Positions 1 through 9,595 of a stretch of 64,000 nt of DNA are shown piece by piece. The translations under genes were made by a program, and so were the position numbers. The stretch lies in IMG/VR virus record IMGVR_UViG_3300042554_002903, positions 2,773-66,772 of that record; one strand, 5' to 3'. The notes below the pieces were generated by a model. The model did not search any database, was not told where the DNA came from, and worked only from the letters and a program-made list of their open reading frames with translations. The stretch's first letter is position 1; each line of letters opens with the position of its first letter. This DNA comes from a virus.

Positions 1-113
1 GAGTAAAGCTATCGCTCAGGGTATGTGTGAGGCCGATCTCAATGAGGACTGGCACGTCGATGCCGAGCAAGCCGATTGTATTATGCAGCTCGCAGTGTTT
101 GATGAAATAATGT

Positions 114-389
114 ATGGATGATATGACACAGAAGAATTTTCCCAACGGTTTCACCTCATGGTATGAGACCCATTTCGAAATCTCGGTAGCGATTCATAAG
201 CTATTCGACAGCGAGCACTACCCGGATAAGATCAGAGAGAGATATGAGGAGAGCGGATACGGTGCACTGTATGAACTGAGCGAGGAGTTGACCGACAAGT
301 TTGAAAAGAAGTACGAGCACAGGGTGTGGGAAGGTTGCGACTACTACGAAACCCTTAACGAATTCATTGCTGAAGAATTTACACAATAA
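114..389 (+). CDS. hypothetical phage protein
   Basis: 91-aa ORF in a tightly packed + strand operon; no recognisable motif. Confidence 0.6.
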   Translation: MDDMTQKNFPNGFTSWYETHFEISVAIHKLFDSEHYPDKIRERYEESGYGALYELSEELTDKFEKKYEHRVWEGCDYYETLNEFIAEEFTQ

Positions 390-395
390 AAAAGT

Positions 396-962
396 ATGAA
401 CAGAAAACAAATGCAGGATTACATCAGCATGTACAATACGTACCTGTCTGATAACGAACTCATCTCTATAGTGGGTATGATCGCAAGCGAGAAGTTAAGA
501 CGTGACGGTATACACCTATATCAAGGTGTCCCCGCCGGCTTGCGTAATTTTCACCTCAGTACCAAAGAGGGATATGCAGCAGCGATTGATCAACTCGAGG
601 AGCAGTTGGATAAGATGGGCCTCACACTTGATGAGTACGTGCTATACAGCAGGTATTATGGTCTCTTCGACTCCCACTTCTTCCAGGTCACCGAGCCAGG
701 TAAGGCAAGGGTAAGTGAGTACGGAGTGAGGACTACGGTAGACTTCCTTCTGTATCTCGTGACGGGTAAGTCGAATGAGGACATGTATGAGGCCGTCTCG
801 ATTCTGAAGGACCAACCCAAGTGGCCCAAGGATCTGGATGTAATGGGCCTCACTGTCAACTTCTACCAGAACGGTAACGTAAAGATCAAGGGATGGAACG
901 ATGACATGCAGCGCAGATACCTCGAGTTCATGGAGATAAGAAGAAAGGTTAAAGCAGTATGA
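396..962 (+). CDS. hypothetical phage protein
   Basis: 188-aa ORF with A-rich leader; carries two TGGGCCTCAC copies, both encoding MGLT. Confidence 0.7.
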   Translation: MNRKQMQDYISMYNTYLSDNELISIVGMIASEKLRRDGIHLYQGVPAGLRNFHLSTKEGYAAAIDQLEEQLDKMGLTLDEYVLYSRYYGLFDSHFFQVTEPGKARVSEYGVRTTVDFLLYLVTGKSNEDMYEAVSILKDQPKWPKDLDVMGLTVNFYQNGNVKIKGWNDDMQRRYLEFMEIRRKVKAV

Positions 963-1144
963 TAAACCAAAGAGTTACATTCGTCCGCTTCCGTTCTCAG
1001 TTGAGAATGACAGGCGTTATCGTAGAGCAAAAGCACGACAACCATACCGGTCGGCTCTACTACAAGATCAAGGGAGACGATGGCATCTCCTACTTCAGGT
1101 ACCCTAACGAAATAACAACAGATGATAAAGTACGTGTTCAGTAA
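959..1144 (+). CDS. small hypothetical protein (SH3-like beta-barrel candidate)
   Basis: ATGA overlap with the previous gene; TGVIVE...YYKIKGDDG pattern. Confidence 0.55.
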   Translation: MINQRVTFVRFRSQLRMTGVIVEQKHDNHTGRLYYKIKGDDGISYFRYPNEITTDDKVRVQ

Positions 1145-1394
1145 GAAGAGGGATGAGGCCCATCAGTTTGAGACGGTCTCACACCTACCCGATGAGCAAG
1201 TCTTACGAGGCTTGGTACCGGATGGTCACTACTCAGACATTCAAAAGATCATGCATAAAGATGACGGTACCCGCTACTTCTGCTCCAGTCAGGAAGAAGT
1301 AAGGGACACACCTGAGTTGTATGCTGCCATCAATTCCCACCCCTACGGGAAGCTTGCTTTCCATAATGTAACCTTTATACCGCAGGAACTATGA
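1122..1394 (+). CDS. hypothetical protein
   Basis: ORF chained by overlaps on both sides. Confidence 0.55.
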   Translation: MIKYVFSKKRDEAHQFETVSHLPDEQVLRGLVPDGHYSDIQKIMHKDDGTRYFCSSQEEVRDTPELYAAINSHPYGKLAFHNVTFIPQEL

Positions 1395-1672
1395 CACCAC
1401 AGGAAATATTGCACAGCATCTTACTTGATGCTAAGGCAAGGATTAAGGATGGGGAGTTGAGAGATGATTATGGTGGGCTAAGTATTGGGATATGCTCGTT
1501 CTGTCATTATCATAAAAATAGAACAAAACTTTCTCATTTTTTGCTTCTTGAATTGATGGACGAACACAGAGAACTAAAGCAATGGGGAGAGTTTATCGCA
1601 GATGAATACGACTTCACAGACCCCAAACGCCTCGCACTACTCGACTGGCTCATTGAAAGGACTAAGCCATGA
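1391..1672 (+). CDS. hypothetical protein
   Basis: ATGA overlaps at both ends. Confidence 0.6.
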   Translation: MTPQEILHSILLDAKARIKDGELRDDYGGLSIGICSFCHYHKNRTKLSHFLLLELMDEHRELKQWGEFIADEYDFTDPKRLALLDWLIERTKP

Positions 1673-2193
1673 GAGAGATAATATTTCGCGGTAAGCGTGT
1701 AGATAACGGTGAGTGGGTGTATGGGCAGTATGTATTTGCGAATGGTAATTCAAAAATGCTTATTGACAGAACGTCATCAAAACCAAGTGAATGGGTTTAT
1801 GAAGATATTTGTATAAACAACCACTTAATAGTAGTATTCACCCCACCTGACAGACAAGGTTGGGATTACGGAACTCAATTTGACTTTTATAAATGCGACC
1901 CAGACACCATAGGACAGTTCACCGGACTGCTCGACAAGAACGGCACAAAGATTTTTGAGGGGGATATAGTGTTTAATTCAAATAGAACACTGCTTACACT
2001 AAAAGAAGACACAAGAACTTATTTGGTTAGATGGCTCAATGGTAAATACGACAAAGAAAACACTTGGTTGCAAACTAAACCGTCCTTTGAGTTTGAGAAA
2101 ATTAATCCCGATGGTAAAAACTATATGAGCCTAATTTTCAATCAGTCTCAAATCGAAGTCATCGGCAACATACACGAAGGAGGTCATCCATGA
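1669..2193 (+). CDS. YopX-family phage protein
   Basis: MREIIFRGKRVDNGEWVYG ... TIGQFTGLLDKNGTKIFEGDIV ... EVIGNIHE signature. Confidence 0.9.
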   Translation: MREIIFRGKRVDNGEWVYGQYVFANGNSKMLIDRTSSKPSEWVYEDICINNHLIVVFTPPDRQGWDYGTQFDFYKCDPDTIGQFTGLLDKNGTKIFEGDIVFNSNRTLLTLKEDTRTYLVRWLNGKYDKENTWLQTKPSFEFEKINPDGKNYMSLIFNQSQIEVIGNIHEGGHP

Positions 2194-2384
2194 AACAGAT
2201 AACAGATAAAACAAAATTAAAACAAGGTGATATTGACATCTACATCTTGTTGTTGTATATTTGCATCGCGTCTGCCGGTTGTGCTACCCGTGTGATCTCA
2301 CACGACGGACCCATCAAGAAGGTTAAGCACAGAGGTAAGGTGTACACAACCGATTCACCACGAACAATTAAAAGGGATATATGA
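2190..2384 (+). CDS. small hypothetical protein
   Basis: ATGA overlaps; one hydrophobic segment. Confidence 0.45.
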   Translation: MKQITDKTKLKQGDIDIYILLLYICIASAGCATRVISHDGPIKKVKHRGKVYTTDSPRTIKRDI

Positions 2385-2749
2385 ATACTAAACACACACC
2401 GGAACCGTGGATAATTAGCCCTATGGACCCATACTGCGTCACAACACAAGACCAGAATGAAGATATTTGCACAGTATTACTAAAGGAAGACGCAGCCCGC
2501 ATCGTCGCCTGCGTGAACGCCTGTGCAGGGCTTACAGATGAACATCTGTCCAATATTGCACGCGAAATAAATCTCGGCACAGCAGCTATGATGGAACGCG
2601 ACCGGCTGCTTAAGCTGCGCGACGAACTGCTGGCAGCCTTAGAAGAATATCAGCGCATGTATATTACCATTGAGCCAGCCGGTGGATGGCAGGGCGTTTA
2701 CGAGCAGGGAAAAGCCGCCATCACCAAAGCGAAAGGAGGTCAGTCATGA
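2381..2749 (+). CDS. hypothetical phage protein (KHTPxPW...ARIVACVNAC type)
   Basis: Common phage accessory pattern KHTPEPW, DAARIVACVNACAG, AAITKAKG. Confidence 0.7.
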   Translation: MNTKHTPEPWIISPMDPYCVTTQDQNEDICTVLLKEDAARIVACVNACAGLTDEHLSNIAREINLGTAAMMERDRLLKLRDELLAALEEYQRMYITIEPAGGWQGVYEQGKAAITKAKGGQS

Positions 2750-2773
2750 GCAACACAACAAAATAAAACAGGG

Positions 2774-3268
2774 ATGAACAATAAACTGAGAGACATCAAG
2801 GAGATCCGGGGTGACGAGAGCAGGGTGATCGTACCCACTACTATGGTCGTGCACCATCGCCTTCTCGGTCGCAAGATGGACCACCGCTTCGCCGGCTTCA
2901 TCGTCACGGGTCAGAACAAACACGGTGATTACGTCACGCTACCGATCATACCCGAACATCAGAGAGGTGTACCGGCACGCAGGTTGAAATGCCTGGAGAT
3001 GGAAGTCACGTTCTCACCACAGGATGTAGACGGTAAGCACTACGTATGGGGCAGGGCCTTTCCGGAATTAAATTATCCACCGGGATGGGACTACGACCTC
3101 GAGAAATTGGTGATGCCCGATGGGTCTCACATCGAGATCGAGAAGATTAAAGAAGACCGGTACATGTACAGCTACGATTCTCTTCTATTCTACCACAGAA
3201 CTTCGGCACTATTTTATTTGTATGACAAAAAGAAAGCAGTCCAAACCGGAGGAATCGTTTATATCTGA
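2774..3268 (+). CDS. hypothetical protein
   Basis: 164-aa ORF. Confidence 0.6.
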   Translation: MNNKLRDIKEIRGDESRVIVPTTMVVHHRLLGRKMDHRFAGFIVTGQNKHGDYVTLPIIPEHQRGVPARRLKCLEMEVTFSPQDVDGKHYVWGRAFPELNYPPGWDYDLEKLVMPDGSHIEIEKIKEDRYMYSYDSLLFYHRTSALFYLYDKKKAVQTGGIVYI

Positions 3269-3405
3269 GCACGGCTTCGAGCTACTCACACTGGTATCAG
3301 TCATAGGCTTCTGTATCTTCCTGCATTACTTCTATGCATGGAGCGAGAAGAAGATGTTGAAAGACATACTCGGACCCTATCATTACGAAAGGCAGTACGG
3401 TAGAT

Positions 3406-3801
3406 ATGAGAAATAAAAATTTCAACAAGAGGGAGAAGTTGAATAAGGAAGGGCTTGATGTCCACACTTTTCAGGTCGGTCTCCCTCAATCAGCTATGAA
3501 ATTCTACCGGGCCATGATAGAAGAGGAAGGGCTTGACAGAGTAGAGGATGTCATCGAGATCTATCTTGATGAGTATCTCAAGTCCATGGCTAACCAGGTA
3601 CGTAAGAGGGTGAGTGGTACAGGTGAGGTCAACGTAACCATCAACGTACTCGGTACCAAGTATAAGACACTCAAGTTTGTGTGCAATATGCTGGGTATGA
3701 GTGAGCCCCAATTCATCCAGTACGTAGCAATCAATATCGCCAGGCGTTATCGCAGTAAGAAAAGACTGCCGGCCAGAATCTATTTAGCTAAGGACAGATG
3801 A
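3406..3801 (+). CDS. putative DNA-binding protein (tandem ribbon-helix-helix-like)
   Basis: Two beta-alpha-alpha-like units (TFQVGLP...; VTINVLGTKYKTLKFVCNMLGMSEPQFI); basic. Confidence 0.45.
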   Translation: MRNKNFNKREKLNKEGLDVHTFQVGLPQSAMKFYRAMIEEEGLDRVEDVIEIYLDEYLKSMANQVRKRVSGTGEVNVTINVLGTKYKTLKFVCNMLGMSEPQFIQYVAINIARRYRSKKRLPARIYLAKDR

Positions 3802-4490
3802 GAGCAGTAATTTATACCCGGGTTTCCTCTGCAGAACAGGCAGACAATGGTCACTCCCTTACGGTACAGCTTGATAAGTGCAGGTCGTACTGCGTAAGTC
3901 GGGGTTGGAAAGAGGTAAGGCATTACTGCGATGCAGGTATATCTGGCCGGCGCTTCGACAACAGACCCGAGTTGCAACGCATGTTATCCGATACGGATTA
4001 CGACGTCATCGTTGTGGCCTCGCTATCCCGCTTCGGTAGGAATACCAGAGAGATACTCAACTCCGTAACCAGTAAGAAGGGTACCGACTTTGTCTTCCTC
4101 GACCTGCAGATCGATACCTCAACACCGATGGGTAAAGTGATACTCACTATGATGTCAGCACTGGCCGAGCTCGAGAGTGATCAGATCGGTATCCGAACTA
4201 AGGAAGTGATTAAGTACCGGAAGGGTAATAAGCAGAGCTACTGCGGCAATACTCCACTGGGTTACCGCAACAATGGGAACGGAGATATGGTAGTCATACC
4301 TGCAGAGATGTTCACGGTCCAGTCCATCTTCCAGATGTACAAGGATGGCAGGACATTAACCAATATAGCAACCACGCTGAACCGTAAGGGTTTGAAAGGT
4401 AAGAATGGCGGACGCTTTGCCGCCGCAACAATTAAACAAATAATTAACAATCCAATTTATGCAAACGATATCAGGGAACAATCTGAGTAA
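3798..4490 (+). CDS. serine recombinase (resolvase catalytic domain + recombinase domain)
   Basis: RAVIYTRVSS with catalytic Ser10, DAGISG, RPELQRML, SLSRFGRN, LAELES, PLGY and a C-terminal IATTLN...NPIY recombinase domain. Confidence 0.93.
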   Translation: MRAVIYTRVSSAEQADNGHSLTVQLDKCRSYCVSRGWKEVRHYCDAGISGRRFDNRPELQRMLSDTDYDVIVVASLSRFGRNTREILNSVTSKKGTDFVFLDLQIDTSTPMGKVILTMMSALAELESDQIGIRTKEVIKYRKGNKQSYCGNTPLGYRNNGNGDMVVIPAEMFTVQSIFQMYKDGRTLTNIATTLNRKGLKGKNGGRFAAATIKQIINNPIYANDIREQSE

Positions 4491-4869
4491 ATTAATTCCC
4501 TCTCTCAGGAGAGGTGACAGGAAGGCCATCTACCTCGGTAGTGGCGAGATCATGAAAATATTTGAGGAGCATGGACGGGAAGTCCTTGAGGAATTCTGCT
4601 TCCTTGCCGACGTCACGACATCACCAGCCGGTGCTAAATATCTGTCGGACTTCGGTATAAATGTTGGTGTCATGGAACGTAAGGTTGGTTACATCGGTAT
4701 TGTCCTGCGCTACGCTGATGGTACCAAGAGTGAGGCCATCCGTACTAAGGAGTGGGACAGGGTAGGACAGACCCTGCGAATCAAAGGTGTGGATGATGAC
4801 ATACAGCATGTCTCTCTTTCCGGTGTTGTATCCATTGTTGAAAACAAAACGATATACTACACCTTATGA
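4459..4869 (+). CDS. hypothetical protein
   Basis: ORF filling the gap between the recombinase and the next gene. Confidence 0.6.
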   Translation: MQTISGNNLSKLIPSLRRGDRKAIYLGSGEIMKIFEEHGREVLEEFCFLADVTTSPAGAKYLSDFGINVGVMERKVGYIGIVLRYADGTKSEAIRTKEWDRVGQTLRIKGVDDDIQHVSLSGVVSIVENKTIYYTL

Positions 4870-5381
4870 GCGAGATAGAAGCAGCAATGCAGACCCTGGC
4901 CCAGAAGGACAGGATTATAAGCAGCCTCAAGGTTGCCAACCGGAAGCTGAGAGAAGAGATCGAGAGGTTGAACATTACCATCAAGCAGGAGAGGAAGGCT
5001 CATGTCCGTGAGATAACCGAGCTCAAGAGTATTAAGATGGGAGAGTATAACCCGGAAGATCTGCACACCCTATTGCTTGTACTGTTCTCCCATACCTATG
5101 GTATTGGAGTGGAAGACATACGGTCTAAAAGCAGGAAGAGACCCATCCCGCAGATCCGGTTCTCAATTGGTCACTACATGGTTACGTCATACCCCCTTGT
5201 CGCACTTAAAAAATTAGCCAAGATCCTTGGCTATAAAGATCACACAAGTGTGATGCATGCCAGAGACAGGGTCAATGAATGGTTCGACATGCCGGTGATG
5301 TACAGAGAAGAGCTGGTCAGTTACAATAAAGTAAAGAAGCACATTGAAAACATGATTCAAACAGGAGAAATAAAGATATGA
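4866..5381 (+). CDS. coiled-coil + DnaA domain IV-like HTH DNA-binding protein
   Basis: YGIGVEDIRSKSRKRPIPQIR ... LAKILGYKDHTSVMHARDRV matches the DnaA C-terminal signature (SKxR...R...G.RDHTTV). Confidence 0.8.
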   Translation: MSEIEAAMQTLAQKDRIISSLKVANRKLREEIERLNITIKQERKAHVREITELKSIKMGEYNPEDLHTLLLVLFSHTYGIGVEDIRSKSRKRPIPQIRFSIGHYMVTSYPLVALKKLAKILGYKDHTSVMHARDRVNEWFDMPVMYREELVSYNKVKKHIENMIQTGEIKI

Positions 5382-5605
5382 TAGGTCAAGAAGTAATCGG
5401 CCTCGTGCCCTCAATTGTTCTCAGTGGTAAAGTCAGGGAGGACTATCGTAACATTGCAGCAGTCATTGTAATGGTGCACCACAGAATGTGTATAGTCAAA
5501 TGGCCATGTGGTACAACAGATGTTAAGCTGGTAGATAATATCGGCAAGTATTTAGTTGATAAACCCGGTCGTGCGCCGAGAGAGGAGATGCAGAATGGCA
5601 GATAA
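5378..5605 (+). CDS. hypothetical protein
   Basis: ATGA overlap. Confidence 0.5.
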   Translation: MIGQEVIGLVPSIVLSGKVREDYRNIAAVIVMVHHRMCIVKWPCGTTDVKLVDNIGKYLVDKPGRAPREEMQNGR

Positions 5606-5969
5606 AAATGGCAATGGTGTCAAGCATGGCGTTCTTCAGGCTCTCTTCCTACGTATCTGTGAGGATATGTATGGAGGAGATGTCCCGGAGGATATCGTCT
5701 TGATGATTGAAAATATAGAAGAGGTTGCGCTACGTAAGTTTCGCATACCCTCACACCAGGAAGTTAAGGAGTATATGGAGTCCCGCTCCTTCCTTGATGC
5801 CGGTACCATGGCTTCCAAGTTTCTTAACCACTATCAAGCAAGAGGTTGGAAGTATGCAGGTAATACCTCACTGAAAGACTGGAAGGCAGCGGTTAGAACG
5901 TGGGAAGATAAGGGAGCCCCAAAGAAAATGGAAGTTAAACAAGAACAAGAAAGTAAAAGATACATATGA
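5595..5969 (+). CDS. phage replication-initiator C-terminal-like domain protein
   Basis: FRIPSHQEVKEY...KFLNHYQARGWK...KDWKAAVRTWE pattern; start re-called at ATG 5595. Confidence 0.65.
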   Translation: MADKNGNGVKHGVLQALFLRICEDMYGGDVPEDIVLMIENIEEVALRKFRIPSHQEVKEYMESRSFLDAGTMASKFLNHYQARGWKYAGNTSLKDWKAAVRTWEDKGAPKKMEVKQEQESKRYI

Positions 5970-6457
5970 CACAAGAAAATAAAGATTATACTTACCTGAT
6001 TGGTAAGAAGATGAAAGCCTTTAAGTTTTACCCGGACATCCACGATTGCGGTTTCGTAGAAGAGATGGAAGCACTTGCCTTAAACCAAGAAGTAGGTGTG
6101 ATAAAAAGGATTCTTACAACTAAGGTTCTTGCGTCTTTTCCTGAACTTGGAACTTGGTGGTATCCCTTAGAACAAGCTATTGAACATCTGGTAGAAGAAG
6201 AACAGGTAGAAGAAATCGAGATACCGGAGTTGGGAGAAGGGGTGTTGATGGAAGTAAGTAACTTTCAAGACTTCCGTGTTGTTTATAAACGAATGGTGTA
6301 TGGTAAGCTCCCTAATGATACATTTGTAGCATCTAATACCTTCGGCGGAATTTGTGCCTGGCAATGTGCCAGACCAATACAACACAAGGAGATCAGTAAG
6401 GAAGAAGCCGAGCAGAAGTTAGCGGAGTTAACCAAGGAGAAATGGAAGATCGTATGA
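5966..6457 (+). CDS. hypothetical protein
   Basis: 163-aa ORF, ATGA overlap. Confidence 0.65.
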   Translation: MTQENKDYTYLIGKKMKAFKFYPDIHDCGFVEEMEALALNQEVGVIKRILTTKVLASFPELGTWWYPLEQAIEHLVEEEQVEEIEIPELGEGVLMEVSNFQDFRVVYKRMVYGKLPNDTFVASNTFGGICAWQCARPIQHKEISKEEAEQKLAELTKEKWKIV

Positions 6458-6651
6458 AAGCGTTCTCACCGGACGAAGAGGAGTTGAGTCAACCCTTGAG
6501 CTTACAAAAAGAGAGGGATCGTCAGCCCATACCCTCACTACCTGATTGGGGATGGCAGCACATGGTCATAACAGCCATGATTTCTTTCGGTGCCCTCTTG
6601 TTTTTGCTACTGGCTTGCCTTATATTTGCACTCTTTTATGTACTCTACTGA
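6442..6651 (+). CDS. small membrane protein
   Basis: C-terminal hydrophobic helix. Confidence 0.5.
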   Translation: MEDRMKAFSPDEEELSQPLSLQKERDRQPIPSLPDWGWQHMVITAMISFGALLFLLLACLIFALFYVLY

Positions 6652-8338
6652 ACTAATTAAACTCGGAATCGACCTCAAAGGTAAATTTAGTGGTAAGTTA
6701 AAAACGACTTGCCCTAAATGTTCCCCGAGTAGGAAGAAAACCAAGGAACCCTGCATGCTTGTGGATATCGACAACGGTATCTACAAGTGTTGGAATAGTC
6801 CTTGTACCTTTAAGGGTACGGTTGCGCATCAGGACGCCTTGAAATATAAGAGACCCAACCCCAACGATAGAGTAGAGGAAGGCAAGCATGAAGGCGTGTT
6901 CTCGTACTTCGAGTCACGTAAGATAGACCGCTCAACTGTGATCTCTTTTGGGGCTCAGATAGGTTACACAAAAAGTATCTTCTTCCCGAACTGTGCACAG
7001 AAGAAACCGGCGGTGTGTTTCAATTATATGCTTGGTGGTGAACACGTCAGGACCAAGTATAAATCCAGGGAGAAAGATTTTACGTCAGACAGCGGAGGTA
7101 TGAACATACCTTTCAATGTTGATAGCTGCATCTACTCGCCTTACGTCATCATCACCGAGGGTGAGGAAGAATGTATGGTCTGGCATCAGTGCGGTAAGAC
7201 AGCCGTTATCTCCGCACCCAACGGAGCCAATGAGAATCTCGAGTGGTTGGATAACGTGTATGAATTACTCGAGGACAAATTGATCTACATCGCAGTGGAT
7301 ATGGATGAGCCCGGTTTGAAATTAAAGAATGCACTGAGTCGGCGCTTCGACCGCGACCGTACCTTTATAATCTCCTTCCCTTTTAAGGACGCCAATGATA
7401 CCCTTAAGGAGAACGGAGAGGAGTACTTGGTACATCTGTTTGATACAGCAACACCGGTACCCATACCTGAGATCGCCGATCTCGATAACCAATTCGCTTT
7501 GGTTCGCTACTACCAGCAGAATGGTTTCCCTTCTGGAGCCAGGACGGGATTACAATACACCGATGACTACATTCAGATCGCTCACCGGGATCTTGTTGCG
7601 CTTGTTGCCACACCGGGAGCAGGTAAGACAACATGGTTGAGGTGGTACATGATGAATCTCGCAGCATATACCGGCTGGAAGTTCGGCATCTTTACCTTTG
7701 AGAATCCGGTTGAGCTATGGATTGCGGAAGCAGTTGAAGTACTCAGCGGTAAATCATTGGACCGATGCAATCAAATGGAGATGGAATCAGCCGAGGCTTT
7801 CATTCGGGCTCACTTCCTGTTCTTTGATATAGCAGTTGACACCGACTACTCCCTATCCTCTATTTTCAATATCAGCAAGAGCATGATCAAGAGGAAAGGG
7901 GTTGACTGTATCGTACTGGACCCATGGAATTATGTCTCAATAGAACAGGGGGAGTCGACTACTGAAAGCATAGGTGAGGCCCTTCGTAATACCAAGAAGT
8001 TCTGCAACCTCAACGATGTCGCAGTCATTGCCGTGGCCCACCCCAGGAAGATGGATAAGGATGGTAATGGTAATTACAAAATACCTACACCCTATGACAT
8101 ACAAGGTAGTAATGCCTGGTTTAACACCCCGGATTTCTGTATCGCGCTGGGTAGGAATTATATGGATGATCACGCACCTGTTGACATGTACGTGCAGAAG
8201 GCTAAGTACAAATTCAGAGGTAAGCTCGGGAGTGTGCAATACACCTTTGACCCCTTGACCTCAAGATACACAGAGCTGGGCCAGAAGGCCGGTGGTAGTA
8301 TGTTAGCGGCATCGGTACAGGAGAGTCTTGCCTTATGA
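6638..8338 (+). CDS. bifunctional DNA primase-helicase (T7 gp4/Twinkle-like)
   Basis: N-terminal Zn finger CPKC..C..C; TOPRIM ITEGEEE and VDMDEPG; Walker A ATPGAGKTT; VLDPWN; VAHPRK; start at 6638 follows TATATTTG at 6621. Confidence 0.92.
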   Translation: MYSTELIKLGIDLKGKFSGKLKTTCPKCSPSRKKTKEPCMLVDIDNGIYKCWNSPCTFKGTVAHQDALKYKRPNPNDRVEEGKHEGVFSYFESRKIDRSTVISFGAQIGYTKSIFFPNCAQKKPAVCFNYMLGGEHVRTKYKSREKDFTSDSGGMNIPFNVDSCIYSPYVIITEGEEECMVWHQCGKTAVISAPNGANENLEWLDNVYELLEDKLIYIAVDMDEPGLKLKNALSRRFDRDRTFIISFPFKDANDTLKENGEEYLVHLFDTATPVPIPEIADLDNQFALVRYYQQNGFPSGARTGLQYTDDYIQIAHRDLVALVATPGAGKTTWLRWYMMNLAAYTGWKFGIFTFENPVELWIAEAVEVLSGKSLDRCNQMEMESAEAFIRAHFLFFDIAVDTDYSLSSIFNISKSMIKRKGVDCIVLDPWNYVSIEQGESTTESIGEALRNTKKFCNLNDVAVIAVAHPRKMDKDGNGNYKIPTPYDIQGSNAWFNTPDFCIALGRNYMDDHAPVDMYVQKAKYKFRGKLGSVQYTFDPLTSRYTELGQKAGGSMLAASVQESLAL

Positions 8339-8586
8339 TATCCTTCGCTCGTTCAATAGCTGAGATCAGAGTTGTTGTATCAGCAATGCATAACGCAGGT
8401 AAGACCGTGAGGGTTAACGTATGTCCGGAGATCTATGCCTTACTTAAGAACAAGAGGGTGTATGATACACACAGCGGAGCATCTGCAGAATTGTATAGTC
8501 AGGGCTGGGTACTCTATGGGCCTCGCCACGTATACATACAGAACGGAATGATAATTAACGGATACTATTTTGAGGAAGTAATATGA
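8335..8586 (+). CDS. hypothetical protein
   Basis: ATGA overlaps. Confidence 0.55.
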   Translation: MISFARSIAEIRVVVSAMHNAGKTVRVNVCPEIYALLKNKRVYDTHSGASAELYSQGWVLYGPRHVYIQNGMIINGYYFEEVI

Positions 8587-9029
8587 TAGGAAAGAAAGTA
8601 CAATACGAAGAAGGTAGAGCGTACCATATCGGTACCATAGTTGATAAGATACGTGTCGGCAATATAGAAAATGTGCGACAACCTTATGCTCACCAGGATC
8701 ACAGCAGACAAGATGACTGGAATGTAAAGCTGACTCCGGTATCCTACAGCGAAGACTGGTATTTAATAGCGGATGAGAAGGGGAAACTTGCAAGTGTACC
8801 TTGTCGTTTTGTTATCAGGATAGTCGAGGGTGAGGCCGAACCGGCAGGTCATCTTATTTATATGACCGTACCCGATATTGTAGAAAAATTTGGAGAACAA
8901 CTTTCATCTGAGCAGATTGATGAGTTAAAAAAACTGACTCATTATGAGAAGCAGGAGTATGAAGTACCCCAGGAAGAAGAGAAGGAGTACAGGCCGGCAG
9001 AGTTGCTGAAAGAAAGGGGTGTGATATGA
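8583..9029 (+). CDS. hypothetical protein
   Basis: 148-aa ORF, ATGA overlap. Confidence 0.6.
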   Translation: MIGKKVQYEEGRAYHIGTIVDKIRVGNIENVRQPYAHQDHSRQDDWNVKLTPVSYSEDWYLIADEKGKLASVPCRFVIRIVEGEAEPAGHLIYMTVPDIVEKFGEQLSSEQIDELKKLTHYEKQEYEVPQEEEKEYRPAELLKERGVI

Positions 9030-9190
9030 GCGCAACAGACTGGTGGATAATAGGTGTTTCAATCTTTGTCTTTATGATATCCCTTGCACAAGACAACGAA
9101 CCCATGGATGGTCCACCGCCTGTTCATCCCGATTAGGTTTTAACCTGATAGTGGATGATTATTAGGTCTGAGACCGTTTGAAAAAAAGAG

Positions 9191-9221
9191 TTGACAACAA
9201 AAAGAAAAAAGAGTACATTTG
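9191..9221 (+). promoter_or_regulatory. Bacteroidota sigma-70 promoter
   Basis: TTGACA at 9191, TACATTTG at 9214, ATG at 9227. Confidence 0.8.
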
Positions 9222-9226
9222 CAGAC

Positions 9227-9517
9227 ATGAACGGAATATACTTAACCGAACAAGGTAAAGAGGAGATTGAAGCTAAGATACAAGAGCTTAAAAAAGGATT
9301 TGCTCTTCTTGGTGACAACGAAGAATTAACCAAGGTACTGTTTAATACTACTCACGGTATTTATCATAGAATACTATCATCAGCAACAGTACTACCAGTT
9401 GAAGAAACTTGGGAATTAATATGTAACTCAAGCTTTGTAGATAAAATTAGTCCTATTACAATAAATAATTTTGATACTGCATATTCAAATGGAGTAATCA
9501 TTCAACCTAAACAATAA
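9227..9517 (+). CDS. hypothetical protein (AT-rich insert)
   Basis: ATG just downstream of the promoter. Confidence 0.6.
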   Translation: MNGIYLTEQGKEEIEAKIQELKKGFALLGDNEELTKVLFNTTHGIYHRILSSATVLPVEETWELICNSSFVDKISPITINNFDTAYSNGVIIQPKQ

Positions 9518-9595
9518 AATTATGTGGATAAGAACAATTAACGGTATAGAATTTATACCAGTAAAACAAACATTACAAGGATTATTGATAAAACT

